Origin: Klebsormidium nitens
Taxonomy: Eukaryota; Plantae; Klebsormidiophyceae
DNA: 64,000 nucleotides
Assembly (NCBI GenBank): GCA_000708835.1
Contig: DF237005.1
Span: 101,943 to 165,942, forward strand
Direction: 5' to 3'
The position numbers were made by a program, and so were the translations under genes. This document shows, in pieces, positions 12,705 through 25,900 of this stretch (its first letter is position 1; the number at the start of each line of letters is the position of its first letter). The notes under the pieces were generated by a model. It was not told where the DNA came from, did no database searches, and saw only the letters and a program-made list of their open reading frames with translations.

Positions 12705-13271
12705 TTGGATTGCAAGGGTGAACCCTGGCTTGGAAGAGGATTTTCCTCCTCAGATTGCCCAACTTTGGGACAGGAAACCAATGAGAGTCTGAATAAGGCC
12801 AGAATTATAATGTGCGCGCCACTGCAATGTCCGCCCAATCTGCTCAGCAACACGTCTCGAATGAAAGGATTGCACAATCTGCTTGCCACGCTGGCCGCCC
12901 ACGTGGTCACGTGATTCATTCATTGGCCGTGACTAGTCTCGTATCGAACTTTCAAGAACTTTCAGTCAATCAAATGGTACCGTAATTTTGGCGCGGACTT
13001 CAAGTCGGGAATTGCTCAAGTCCAGCTAGGCAATTTTCAACTCGCCACTCTGCTCCGAGTCCAGAGTCGAAGCAGGACAGCCCAGGAAGGAGGATTTAGC
13101 ACGCCAGGATTCTGTTCAGTCTGAAGAAGAACAAGCGGAGGTTGAACAGGAAGGAGCCAAGGTTCACCTCTGAGCTTCGTCGTTTTGTGGTCCCCGCGCC
13201 TGTGCGGTTGCAGCTCTTTCTTGTTGTTTCAACGCAAGCCGAAGCCCGGCTGTAACCGCAAGCGGCTCAAG

Positions 13272-14096
13272 ATGCCGGCCACCGCGGGGCGGGTGCGGAT
13301 GCCCGCCAACAATCGGATGCACAGCGGGTCTGCGCTGCAGACGCACGACATCTGGAGCAAAACAATTGGCTATGATCCATATGCACCGGAAAAGAAGGCG
13401 GCGGAGGGTGCCGAGAACCCCTATGAGAACGCACAGGGCCTGATGGCCCTGGCTAGAATTAAGAACACAGCAAACTTTGGAGACGCAACCAGAGGGGCGT
13501 GCAGAAAGTGCAACCGGGTTGGACACCTGACGTTTCAGTGCAAGAACTTTTTGACGGCGAGGGAGGAAGAGGCAGCCCCTGCGGCGGCGCCCCCAGTAGA
13601 GCTGCAAGAGTCTGAATCCGAGAGCAGTTCAGACAGCGACCAGGACTCGGACATTGAGAGGGCGCTCCGGAGTGCGAAGAAGAAGAAGGGGCTGGTGGAG
13701 AAGAGGCATAAGAAGGTCAGCGGTAAGAAGCACACTAGCAGTAAAAGGAGGAAGGCAGAGACGGAGAGCTCAGATGAGGACTCAGAGGAGGAGCGCAGGC
13801 GGCGGAGGCGGCGAAGAGAGAGGAGGCGGAGGGACCGCTCTCCGTCAGAGAGTGATTCGAAGGAGGAAAGAGACAGGAGAAGGAAGCATAAGAAGAGGAC
13901 AAAGGATGTGAGTGACGAGGAGTCTTCTGAGGAGGAGAGGCGCCGGAGGAAATGGCATAGCAAGAAGAGGAGGGAGGATAGTGAGAGTGAGGGGGACAAG
14001 GCAGACAGGAAGGATAGAAAGAAGAAAGACAGGAGTAGCACGAAGCGTAGGGATAGGGACAGCGATGTTGACAGCGAGGAAGATAGGAAGAGGTGA
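13272..14096 (+). CDS. CXIP4: CAX-interacting protein 4-like (zinc knuckle plus RS/KE-rich tail), single exon
   Basis: Starts MPATAGRVRMPANNRMHSGSALQTHDIWSKTIGYDPYAP, the plant CXIP4 N-terminus. CCHC knuckle CRKCNRVGHLTFQC, followed by a low-complexity S/D/E/R/K tail. Confidence 0.93.
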   Translation: MPATAGRVRMPANNRMHSGSALQTHDIWSKTIGYDPYAPEKKAAEGAENPYENAQGLMALARIKNTANFGDATRGACRKCNRVGHLTFQCKNFLTAREEEAAPAAAPPVELQESESESSSDSDQDSDIERALRSAKKKKGLVEKRHKKVSGKKHTSSKRRKAETESSDEDSEEERRRRRRRRERRRRDRSPSESDSKEERDRRRKHKKRTKDVSDEESSEEERRRRKWHSKKRREDSESEGDKADRKDRKKKDRSSTKRRDRDSDVDSEEDRKR

Positions 14097-15200
14097 GGGG
14101 ACAGCATCAAAGGGTGCTTGGCTATAGTAATGCTGCAGATTTGCATACTGGTTAGGGTGGAAAGTCCTTTAGAAGCAGACTGTTTCTGGAGATTGTAGGG
14201 GGCAAGATTCCGTTTTGTGCTCATAAATGATAGTATGTAGATGAACGAGCTCATTTCAACACCCTGTATCATGCATCTTAAGCTCAAGTTTGGTTGTTTT
14301 CTGGCGTGCTTTGAGCTGAGATACGTGCATGATGGAGCAGGAGCTTTGCTGCAAACTTAACCTGGCTCTGTGAAGCTTATACAAAACCTACAGTATAACG
14401 TGTGCGCCAAAATGCCGGTACTTTCTCCGAAAAGCTCCTGCACAAGCTGCCGTGCACAATCCGGGAAGGAGCTCGCAGACTAAGCATGAAACAGTGTGCT
14501 CGGAATACACATGCATGCTGGTGGTGAGCACAAGTGAGGGTCATGCAATTTTACAAGCATATTTGCAAATATGTATGCGCTGCATGGCCATGGCATGCCT
14601 CCCGGCAGGGCGGCCTGGGTACAGAACAAGGCCTATGCATCAAAGATCCTTATGCACATCCAAGCGATTTCAGATAATTGATGATGGAGTACATGTGCAC
14701 AATATACAATGTATCAAGGACAACTCAAGTGAATGTTGTTTGAGTTGAGCTACGTCATTCGAAGTTAGGAACTCAACTTGAGATCAGTCTTGCTGAATTA
14801 TATTTTGACGCTATGGTCGCTCGTCATTGGAAACTTTGTCCAGGAGGATCCAATTGCAGGTCCGATCCTCACAAGCTAGATCATTGACGACATAATTCTC
14901 GATCTTTTGAAGCTTTCACAGATTTTGTGAACTGTCAACCCCTGGCATAACTTTCTCCGCGCGCAGGCTGTGAATAAAGCTCTGGGTACAGTGTCGATCT
15001 GTCAATCTATGTTGAAGTGCCCCAGCCGTTCGCAGCCACTATTGATAAAATGACCTTTCAGAACCTTTACAGAACCTCACCATGTACCTTTGGAACAAGA
15101 TTTTGAACATGAAACCGTTGGATAATTACCCCTTGAGCGGAGTGAAACGCGAGCGCGGGCTGATCTCTTTCATTCTGACCTTGCCTCGCTCGGGAAAAGG

Positions 15201-18200
15201 TTAGTTTATCCGCAAACTGTTCCTTCTCACAATGACACCGTGATCGCTGTGGATGTGTTCATCCAGCTTTTTCAGCTGGGCAAGTCTCTGCAAGAAGGAA
15301 AGAGTGTAACTGAACTAGGTTTGAAATAAGACTTCCTACAGGAGCTATCATGCGGAATGCGTCCGGTTCTGCACAAATCTCTGCAGCTCACCGTCGCATG
15401 GCTCACACGTAGTTCAACAAGGAGGACCTAACTGTACTGCCTCGTTCATGCGACAACCGAAGCCAATCGTTCGTCTTGAACGCGAGATGGTTAACGGCTT
15501 CCAGCGTCAGGTGGCTAACATATATAAGGGAACGTCTGGCCACTTGTCTTCTTAGAACCGAAGCTCTCAAATGACAGACTCACAGCGGAAACAGCTCGAT
15601 TTTCAGCACAACAGTTCGAGATAGGTGGTCTGATTTTGCGTATCATAAAGAACGGCTCTGCAAACATCTTCTCCTGCGTGCAACCGAGGGCGAAAGGCAG
15701 CACGCTGCAAAGGAAGCATCTGGCTCGAGCTCAGTCCTAGTAACCCTCAGCTGATTGTAGCCCCGATTGACCGCCAAGACGTGCTGCTCTTCTTACCGCC
15801 TACAGCAGATCAACACCAGAACTGCTTTGACTGTTTCCTCAAAAAGCTATCTACAGACCTGGACCTCGCTTGAAAGGTGCTCCTGAGAGGCGCATGTCAG
15901 CAGAAGAAGAGAGGGCACGCCTCACCTCCTTGATCTCGATCCGTATCTTCCCCTCGAACTCCTTTCCCCTCCCGAGCTCGGCCATGTCCCGTAGGAAAGC
16001 TTCCCGCTCCTGGATCTCATCCATAACTAAAACATAAGATAAAGGATTAACCCCTCAGAAAGGAGAATCTGCTCTGATGCTTGAAGACACCACCTTCGTG
16101 TAAGCGATTGAGACCAGGGTAGAAGAAACAATCTGGGTTCGATCAGCCTTTTGAGGGGACGAGTCTGGCCAAGTGTCCTAAGCATATGAGAAACCGTGAC
16201 AAACTCGTTTAAAAGGCCTATGAATATGGACTCGATCGTCATCACTCCTCTGCGAAAGATGTTGCGGGGAGTGTGGCCCTGAGGCGTCCACACTCGATGG
16301 GACCCTTGGTCGCTGCAACGAAAAGTCTTTCTCTGACGACGACACGATGTGATCAAAATGTGTAGAGCCACAGTTGCTTGAACAACGACAAAAGGCTATG
16401 TCTGAGGGTCTCTCAGAAAAGGAGCAAAGATAAGAGGCACGGACGGTTGAGAGTCGAATGGATCAGACGCCCCGGTCAGTTCGCAGGCAGCACGAGTCAG
16501 GCCCTGTCTTTCTGCCCCAACGCCCCCAGAGCAGCTGAGGAAAGCGGCGTTGGAAACTCACTTTCTTGGAACAGGGCCTCCTTCTCTTCCACGCTCCCGC
16601 GTCGTGGAGGAGGCGGCCTGACTGGAGCCGGTGCATCTAGCGTATCCTGCAGCAGTTCACCAGGAAAGCTGAGAATCGCAGCAGGACTTTGTAAGGTAAA
16701 TGCCTCTCAGAAATCAAGAGACGAGGCCTGCTCAGAAGGAAGGCCCGAGTAACTATATTTCCCTACAAAGTTGTTTAGACGAGTACAACTCGAAGAGTAG
16801 GGAATGGACCACAGCGAGGGGCATAACGATGCAGAAGAAGCTGATGTCATTGCTGATTTGATCCTTCCGCTTTCGTTCCACATCTTTCAATCCGCTTCAC
16901 AAACGAGTTTCATAATATCCTCACCTCTGAAAGCTTCCCGTTGAACTCAAACATTCGCTGCAATCTCAGCTTCTCGGCGTCATCAAGCAGCGGACCCTTT
17001 GGCCTCGGCAGGACGATCGGATTTGCTGCCCGGTCTAGTTCCTGCTCCAGCTTGATTGTCTCTGCCTGCTTCCTTCCGGGGGGCGGCAACACCTTGGGGG
17101 CGACCTGTTTCTTGACCCCCACCTTGGGGACCCTGACAACGGGTTTCTGGAAAGAAGAAAGGGACCACTTAGCAATGGCCACAATGAAGCTGCTCTAAAG
17201 TGGTCCAGATTGCGAAGGCTCGACACTGTCAGCTTTGGATTGATTCTGATCTGGGGTATTTTGGGGCGTACAAAGGGGCACGAAGTTGGAGAGGACCGGA
17301 CTCCTCGTCACTGTGCAAACAACTTAGAGCTGCATATACTGGGGGATGAAAAGGTGCCACCACAGCGCAACCCCAGACAACATGTGAACAAGGCATGTCT
17401 AACTGTTCTTGCTCTTGGCTTGGAAGTTGCAGCTATCTCATGTGGATAGGTCTTTAATCTACAAGGAGCGTTGCAGAAAGCGTTGATTTTGGGGTTCGAG
17501 ATGGCAACAAGCAACTAGGCATGACTACGCACCTTTGCTATCGGTGCAGCAGCTTCATTCTCCTTGCCTGCAGAACACATTCAGGCTCTTGTAAGTTCCA
17601 CAGGGGTTGCACAATGACATCCAAACTTTCTGGCCCGAAAGCTCCAAGCTTCAGCATTGTTTGGGCGCCTGTACAATCCTCACGCAGAGGAAGCTGCTTG
17701 GCCCTCAACGCAAACCAATTGCCACAGTCAAAAAGGCTGGCCTCTGCTTTCAAAGTGCAAGCTTCTCCATGCACTGTCAGCTCCATTATCTTCATTGCGG
17801 ATCCTTGGTGCATTTGTGTGGCATGCATGGCATTGTGCTTCTTGCGATGGGTGTGCCTCAACCGCCCGTTGTCATCAACGAATTGCACGCAGCGGGTGAA
17901 TGAGCAGATCAGCTGGTGCGGTTCCATTCACAAACGATCTGAAGACGATGCACTTTCTTGGCATACTGTGACGTATCAGCACAGATCTCTCTGAATCCTG
18001 AAAGCTTTAAACACAACAAGACCCCTCACCCGACAATCCCGGGGTCAGCCTGCCATCCGCAATCGCAGCCGCACGCTTCTCGATCGAAACCCTATTTCTG
18101 TCGCTGTACTTGTTGCCCGCCTTCTTCCCTGACAAGTCACCATTGTACAATGCAAACAGGGCGCGCCCTACCAAGGTGCTCCGGTCTACCATCTGCCAGG

Positions 18201-18231
18201 CGGCCACGAGGGCGGCGCCGTCGTCTTCCAT
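15201..18231 (-). CDS. UPF0193/EVG1 (C22orf23)-like protein, multi-exon
   Basis: Exons 17146-16925 (KPVVRVP...EKLRLQRMFEFNGKLSE), 16646-16562 (DTLD...KEALFQE), 16026-15926 (IMDEIQEREAFLRDMAELGRGKEFEGKIRIEIKE) and 15287-15201 (RLAQLKKLDEHI...*) are phase-consistent. The C-terminus resembles the UPF0193 motif EIQER.EFL..M..LG.GK.Y...I..EI. Putative exon 1 (18231-18030) ends in phase 1, so an intervening exon was not located. Confidence 0.65.
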
Positions 18232-19926
18232 TGTACTTAAATCACAGTGTGGCAGCCATCAAAGAAACGGAAGCATCAGGGCGAGAAGATGAGGGCCCCC
18301 ATGACTCACCTACATTCTGAACGTTCTTACTGCAGTTGGTCTGATCCATTTTGCCTAAGGTGCAGAAGGTGAAGTTGCGGCGGCCCAGTGCAGAAACAGC
18401 CGAACGGTAACCCTAATTTGCGTTACACACCACCGCGTGTACTGATCGAGCAGCAGTGCCGGAGATGCCCGAAATTCGTGTGTAACGCCTGCCAACTGGA
18501 CCGGAAGCTAGAGCGGGGATATAGCTGCAGATCTGACGCTCGAGAGCGTAGAGCGTAAGGAAGCGTAGGGAACTAGTGTAAGATATTCTGGCATACATGA
18601 AAAATTTCTGTGTTCAGGAACAGAATGCTTCATGTCAATCACTGAGTTATTTCAAGGGCTGTTTTGTTTATCGATATCTCACTTGATCGAACCGCCAGCT
18701 CCAGTCATGCAGCTTGCAATTCGACTGACTAGTGCCTTGCCCTGTCCGTGTTCATCAGTTGCAGGTGACCATTCAAAAGTTAGCTACTGAATATATAATA
18801 TGGTAAGCAAATCGCATCGACCATTGATATATTTCATTATTTCCTCAAATGTTGGTGCAAGCTGGCAAGCGCCCGGACCCTCAGCGGTGTGTCATACCTC
18901 TTTACTTAATGCAGCCGTGCCCCATGCATTCACCGACCCTTCGATGGGGCTCTCGACCTCCTTCCGTTCCATAGACTGCCCAGGTCGCTTTTCATGTGTC
19001 AATTAAAGGGTCATGCTGATGATAGTTATTCAGCGCGAAGCGAAGTATTGCATGCAGTTGAAGGATGTAATGGATTGATGCATCTCGGTTCACTACAATA
19101 TTGGAGCTCTATTGGAGCCAGCTGCACGTACACTGAAGCACAGTCCAGCGCTACTAAACGCAAACTATTCGAATCCGACCGACCTGCATTTTGAGGGAAA
19201 GAGAATGAGAGAACGTTTTACAGATAATCAGGCTCGTATTTGAGTCATGCCCGGCATACAACACCGTGAGAGAGTAAGTTGCGAGATTATTTGATGGAAG
19301 CAGTAATCACACAGATTTTCATTCGAGGCAAAAGCTCTTGAAACTGAGAGTTCCAGACGTCCATCTTCTGACGTTGGAAAGCAGACATGGGCGACGCATT
19401 TCTGTGTTGTCCGCCAATGGATGCGATTGCGAAGGGTTGCGGCAACTTTTAGTACCAAGGCCCACCTATTCCTTCAGACACTGTCTAACAATCCCAGCAA
19501 ACCAGAGACTGAGTGGTAATCACAAGGGACTAACTTCCGTCCTAAGCCAATGACTGGTACTGTGAACCGCTGCTTCTAAGAAGTATGCTGGGTTCGATTC
19601 CTACAACCAGTTCTCGAGTATCACTTGTTGCCTCTGTTTTTCCTAGCTCACTAACTGTACAGCCACTCAGCTTTGTACAAACATTTCTGTAAAGTACGTT
19701 CAACGGTGAGAGGGACTCCACTCTATATACAAGTTGAAGTCGTCTCGATATACACAGTACACCCCGAGTTTTCGTTGGCTTACATCGCCACCAAGGGGCA
19801 CGCGTATCTCTGATCTCAAGTCCTAAATCTCGATCACATTACACTTTGGCTCACACGGGCGCCGAAATCACCCCAGAACTCACAAATGCTCCTGACGAAA
19901 TCAAGTGCTGTTTGCTTGTCCGCACT

Positions 19927-22900
19927 TCAAGCAATTTGCCAATCCATCTTCTCCATCTTGGGACAAAGCAACCGGACCCCTTCGCTCATCCCCTCCGCGC
20001 CTTCCGCAACGACCCACCCCCTCAAGCATCTCATTTCTGTGGACACAACCGTTGCAGACTCCACCCTCAGATCCGAAAACACTTGCAATTCCCGGAGCTT
20101 CGGACACGTGACGTCGAGGTTCAGAACTGGACAGAGGGACGTCAGCCGGACGTTATCTTCCTTGACTTTGAGGGAAGGGCTCGTGAAGCGCGAGCTGAGT
20201 CCCCGGGGGAATTCACCATGTGACGGGATTTTGCTGGTCAGACGTGACAGAAACGGTTCTTCGTCCGCGAACGAACTTCCCTTTCCGACGCTTCTGTTCG
20301 ACGAACCGACCTCTGAAGCACGTGTTGCTGTCTCGGACGCTTTCGTGCACGGTGCGGACGTCCGTTGAGTCTCGGGCCCATCCACTGGAGTCGGGTTCGC
20401 AGCTTCCGGCGAGGCGATGAGGGAAGCTTCCTTCCTGTAGGCAAAGAACATCAGGCTCAGAAACTGTGGTGATCGAAACGAGTCTGTCGGAAGGCGAGCC
20501 AGGCGTCTAATTTTCTTTGAAAATACTTCCAAGCCGCAAGTCCTGGTCGTTGTCGTTCAAAAGAGCTGTCCTTCATTGAAGAAGTACTAGACGAGAAAAA
20601 CGGGGTCGCATTTTGGCCCCTCTTGCATTTTTCAAGACACATTGCCTTTTGTTTGGCGAGTGATTGCTGAGTGGTCCGCAAGCAGCCCCTATTAAACCCC
20701 GCTTACAAGAGACCTCGTTCAAAAAGAAAGCAACAGAAACCGAAAGAGGAAACATTGAAGCCTACGGGCGCCACGCAATAGAACGGCTTGGACTCTAGCG
20801 ACAGGCCGGCGTCAGCAGAATCCAACGTGGCTTCCTTTCACCGCAAACATGCCGGTTTCAACGCCAGTATAGCACGAAGGCACCGCAACCGGGTCAAAGC
20901 CTAAGGACAGGAAAGACGATCTTTCCGTCGCCAAATCCTGAACCCACCTTCACTTCATTTTTTCTCAATCGACGGCCGAGGATGCTGCATGCTTTGCTTT
21001 TTCCACCTCCTCATTTTAAGGGAATAGCCGAGGCCACAGAATCCTTTTCTACGTTATCTGGTCTCTGGCAGACTGCAGCTGAAGCTTGAAACTTTCTCTC
21101 ACCCTTCAGTCTCTTCGAAATCGGCGGCCGCATATCTGAGCGCGAGATCGCCCGCCCCCGAGTCCCACGAGCCGCGCATTCTGGGCTCTTCCTCAAACGC
21201 CGACGAGGCGTTGCACCAGTCCCTGCCGGCGCTCAGACCGAACCGGCGCTGAAATTCTTTTGAAGGTTGCGCCCCGGTCCAGACCTTGCACAAAAAGCCA
21301 CGACCGTTAGGAATCTGTCGAGAACGTTAACATGCCCTGAAAGGAGCGCGGCAAATAGGGACCAGTCACACACGACGTGGTGCTTACGAGCAGCAGAAGT
21401 TCAGCACTTCCGTATGCGTCAGAAACTGGAAGCCCGGATCTGCGTGGTGGCACCATATAGGTTTCCTTCAATCAAACGAGAGCGTCCCAGGCAAAGACCA
21501 AGAGCGGAAGTTCAGAAGTACAGGGCGACTCGTGTCCAGCCCTTGTTTGATCCCGTGATTCAGCAAGAAGCTCCCCAAGAGAAGGAGTCTTCCGCCTTGA
21601 AAAAGGCTCTCAAGCCTTGCTTTCAAGAATGGAAGTTGAAAGCATCTAGAAGCTCGCTAAGTAGACGTTCTATGAGCTGAAAAGAGCACGCGACCCAAGT
21701 CTTTTGTCCGGGCACCACTTACCTGGATGTGCGCCTCCCGGAGACTTGGATATTCCTCCCCCAGCTCAATGCAATACTCCTCCACCACGCTCTGTTCGGC
21801 CGTCTCCTCCTTCCCCTCACTCCCTCTCTCCCGCCCCCCCCCTCCGCTCCCTCCTTCGCCTCCCCCCCCCTCGTCAACTTTCTCCTTGCCTTTCGTAGAC
21901 TTTGTAGAAGCCGGGTAAAATTCGTTGACTATCCGCAGCCCCCCGCCAGTTTCGCCTCCACTTGACCCCTGGTCCGGATATTGCTTAGGTAAACCCAAAC
22001 GAGTGCCGCACGGCACGAAGAATATTCTCAAGCTTTGGAGGGTGCCCGCTGCCAGAGGCGCCTTTCTCTTTACGTCTGGATCGATTTGCGCGGGGGGGTC
22101 CATGTGCAGGCCCCCGGCTACCACCAGGGTTTCGAGGCTGGGGCAGCCCGCCTGTCAGAAGAAGGATCGAGCTGTCAGAGAGTGTGCACTTGAGATCCTC
22201 CACACTTGGAAGCCGTGGCCGCAATCTTTTGATACGTGAGAGTTCAAAGAGGCTTTCTTGCGAGGCGTGTACTCATACAGCAGGTATAAAGGTGAGACAA
22301 CAGCACCCCGGATATCACTCCGTAGAATTCGAGCGCTACCCAGCTGGGCAAGCACTGAACGGTAAGGATCGCGATGAGCTTCACTCAACACAGTTTACAA
22401 CTCATAAGAAGCGGTCCAAATCTAATTCGCTGCTCTGCAGCCAGGCCTTGCAAAATAGGAAGGCTTCGGGGAATCCCGTGAAAATGATGCACAGTCCTCT
22501 CAAACTACCCGCCTAGGCTCTTCGTTTGAAAGGAGGGTGCGCCATCAAAACGATCAGATTGAGAGGTTAGAGGTGTCTTCACAAGACACTCACCCCTAAT
22601 GCGCGCAGGGATGGTGGTACCACGTGGAGGTGCAACTCTCTCAGCTGGGGGCACTGGATGGTGCACACCTCGGGGGTTGCCAGGGGCCGCACCGCGTGCA
22701 CCTTAAACCGTTGCAAAGTCTCCGAACGGACGTTGACGCTGCGCAGTCTGGTCTGCGGAAGAAAGATATGGTCGAATTTAGAGAACCCACTTGAATCCAG
22801 TCGTTCGATTCAAGAGCTATCGAAGAGGAGCGGGGAGCCTTGTCTTTCCTGGAATTTTCTACAGTCTCCAGTGATTCTGTTCTTGGATTCTCAACGGACC

Positions 22901-25900
22901 GCATCGTCTGGAGCTTGGACTTCCAAACGTCAATTGCCGTGCAGCCTCGCCGGCAAAATAAGTGTAGGCTTCGACTTTCGTCCCGACCCTGATTGCTACT
23001 TTGCTCTGTTTCTTTGGGGCCCAGATTCTATTTCGTGTTATTTGCAGTCCTTTAAGCAATGAAGTCACGAACACGTGACCCGGCTCCCTTGCACAGATAT
23101 CAAGCCTTCAAGAAACGGATGCCTGTCAGTACCATCATGACACGTCGGACTGTTTTGCGATCGTACCTCGACACAAACTCGCGCATCCAGTTGTGGCAGC
23201 GAGACTGAAGCGGCTTGGAAGATACGTAAAACGCTTCGGGCTTTGAAATCAACCGTCTTTGGCAAAGCACAAAGGACACGAGGAACAGAGAAGACCACCC
23301 CTACACAGTCTGGCCGGATCCACAGTTTGACCCGTTGACTGTGCTCACACGAATCTCATTTGAGCTCTGAAATCCTAAGGTCTTGCAACTTCGACTGGTC
23401 GTTCAAGAAACTTAGATGGAAACGTTACCTTCGGAAGCACCAGTTGAAGGCTCTTGAGCGCGGGGAAAGTCGCCCGATCCACATGCACCGCAGTTCCCAA
23501 ATATGCAGGCAGCTGCAGCTTTTGGAGCCGGGGACACTCCGCCCCAAATTGCAGGGACGTCACACCGAAGGGCAGCCGGAGCTTCTGCACGGGGGGAAGG
23601 AGGTCTGTTTGTGGGCGCAGTGTCTACGTGTGTGAAAGGGTTGTACTTGGTGATTTTTCTGATCCAGAAAGCGTCGATTCTGATCATTCGGGGTGTTCGA
23701 AGGAGCATGATTGGCCGAAACACTCGCTCGTCGGGACTCAAATCAGTGAGTATTCATCGTCAATCTCCACAGGAACTGACATATGCTTTCAACTCAACGC
23801 TGACTCTGCCTCGGAATGTATGAAAATGTTCAGATCGACCGTCAAATAGGAAGGCAAAAAAGAGTCCCTGAGTGCCAAAACATTGCACAGAAGCTGGTCA
23901 ACAAGCTCGCTGAATGGACACAATACGAAATCGTACACAGAGACAGTCGACGATAGCGTTGGTGGAACTGAATTGCAGGCTCGAAGTCTCAAGGCAAGCA
24001 AGAGAGCCCTCTTCCAAATGGCAGCACGATATATTGGCTGCATGGATACGATTGGCTGTCTTTAGCACCAACCCAATACCATCAGCGGCTCCTTCACTGG
24101 CGGCTCTCTTAGGCGGCGTCGTCTGAACATGCGCTTATCGACACAAGTTATGAGCAGGAGCCTGCCTCTAAGAAGTCCGTCGCCAGCAGACGCCGCACAC
24201 TTTCCGGGGAGCAAATGTTGATGCGATGCTGAACGCTGCTTTCCAGCCGCGCTGACGTCATGTTGACGTCACGTGATGACGTCAAGACTCACCGACACGT
24301 GCCCCAAGGCCAGCCTGAGCTGCGCCACGTGCAGCGGCGCGTTCACGACGTTTTTGATTTTGAGCCTGACCAGCCGGGGAGTGGACACGTGCACGCGCGC
24401 GAGCTCTGCTGACATGATGATGACGTCTAGCTCGGCCAGGCTCGCGCTTTCGAGAACGAGCGCGTCGCAGCCTTTGTCGCACAGGACTTGCAGCTCGCGC
24501 AGCTTCTTGAGCGCGCTCAGCGGCTCCAGGTCCTGCATGGCGGAAAAGATTGGCGATCTGCGCAACATCACAAATTTACAGGTTTCATCACGAAATAGGG
24601 TCTCGCTTTCAAGCTCACGGAGTAAAGGGCCGGAATAACTCAAGTATCTGATCATTCCCGTGAAGCGTCAGTGTCCAGCAGAATAGATCTGTTTACGTCT
24701 AGATTACCGGGCTATGCATCTGATAATTCAAGCTGACCGCAGAAGAGGTTCCAGCACCTCGTTACGCCTCCGCTTTGACCGCACACACATTGAAACAGAA
24801 AAAGCCAGGACGCGTGGCATGTCCTGGCAGACGGATTTTCAAGACGTGTCCGTTTCCGTACCTCGCCAGCCTTGATAGATATCATGAGCTTCTCGATGTC
24901 AGCCGCGGCCCCGAGCGCTGACGTCAAACCCGCGGTTCCGGTCAAATCCACGTGGCGCAAACGCGGCGCCCATATCGCCGAAACGAACGGTACGTCCGCC
25001 TGCCGACGGGACCCAAAGCGTTGGACCCCCCGAACGTTTATATCTTCCAGCGCGGCGCAGGAAATTGCCAGATGCTTCCGACCGTCTAGGGGTTCCTTCA
25101 GGGCGCCGTAATATGCGGTGACCGCCCGGACGGTCGGGTGTTCGATGTTGAAGAACTGTGCGGCCGAGAACTGGAATCCAAGGCGCGCGGAAACAAGAGC
25201 GGGGAAGCCGCCGGACAGGACGAAGTCCGGTTCGGACAGAGCGCGGAGTTCGAGCGTCCGAAGGGCGAGGAGGCGAGTGCCGGCTTCAGACAGCGCCGCG
25301 CCGCTGATTGGAAAGCCCAGGTGGAGCTCCTGCAATGAAAACGTTCCGTAGTTTTGCTTTTGATGTTGATGAAGATTCCGCTCTTTTTTGCGAAAAGATT
25401 GACGCATGATTTTGAACTCAATCAAGAGCGTGCTTGTTGGATTATGAATCCTGTGAGGGCCCGACCTGCAAGAGAGACCCTTCGGAATGACGCGACTCGA
25501 AGGAGAAGTTTCAAACGCATGACACGGACGCTTTCTGTATTGAGATCACAAGGACTGTCGTGGCAGTGGCACCTCTTTCTGTGCATCCCTCTATTGCCCC
25601 CAAATTGACGTGACGACGGTCAAAGAGCCGATATCGCTCAGATCCTTCCAGTACCAGTCCGAAAGCTGGAAAATGACGCTCGCGCTGCTGACCAGTTTGG
25701 TGCCAATGACCTAAGCACAGCACGCAGTGTAACTTTTCACGCACCTTCAGGGCTGGGCAGTGAAGCTGCAAGTAGCTTGCTTGCGAACGCTTCCAAGCCA
25801 CACCTTGCCCTTCTTCTTCGTTGGAATCGAGTACTCCAACCATAAGAGCTGGGGTGTCCAATTCGCCTTCGTTGTCCAGTGGCAGGACGCTAAGCCTGAA

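Noticed and set aside
13535-14287. 250-aa minus-strand ORF
   Set aside because: Antisense shadow of the purine-rich low-complexity CXIP4 tail (Ser/Leu/Phe-rich); no independent evidence.
17521-17994. Overlapping 157-aa (+) and 129-aa (-) ORFs
   Set aside because: No recognisable motifs or clear splice signals; they lie within the presumed intron of the UPF0193-like gene.
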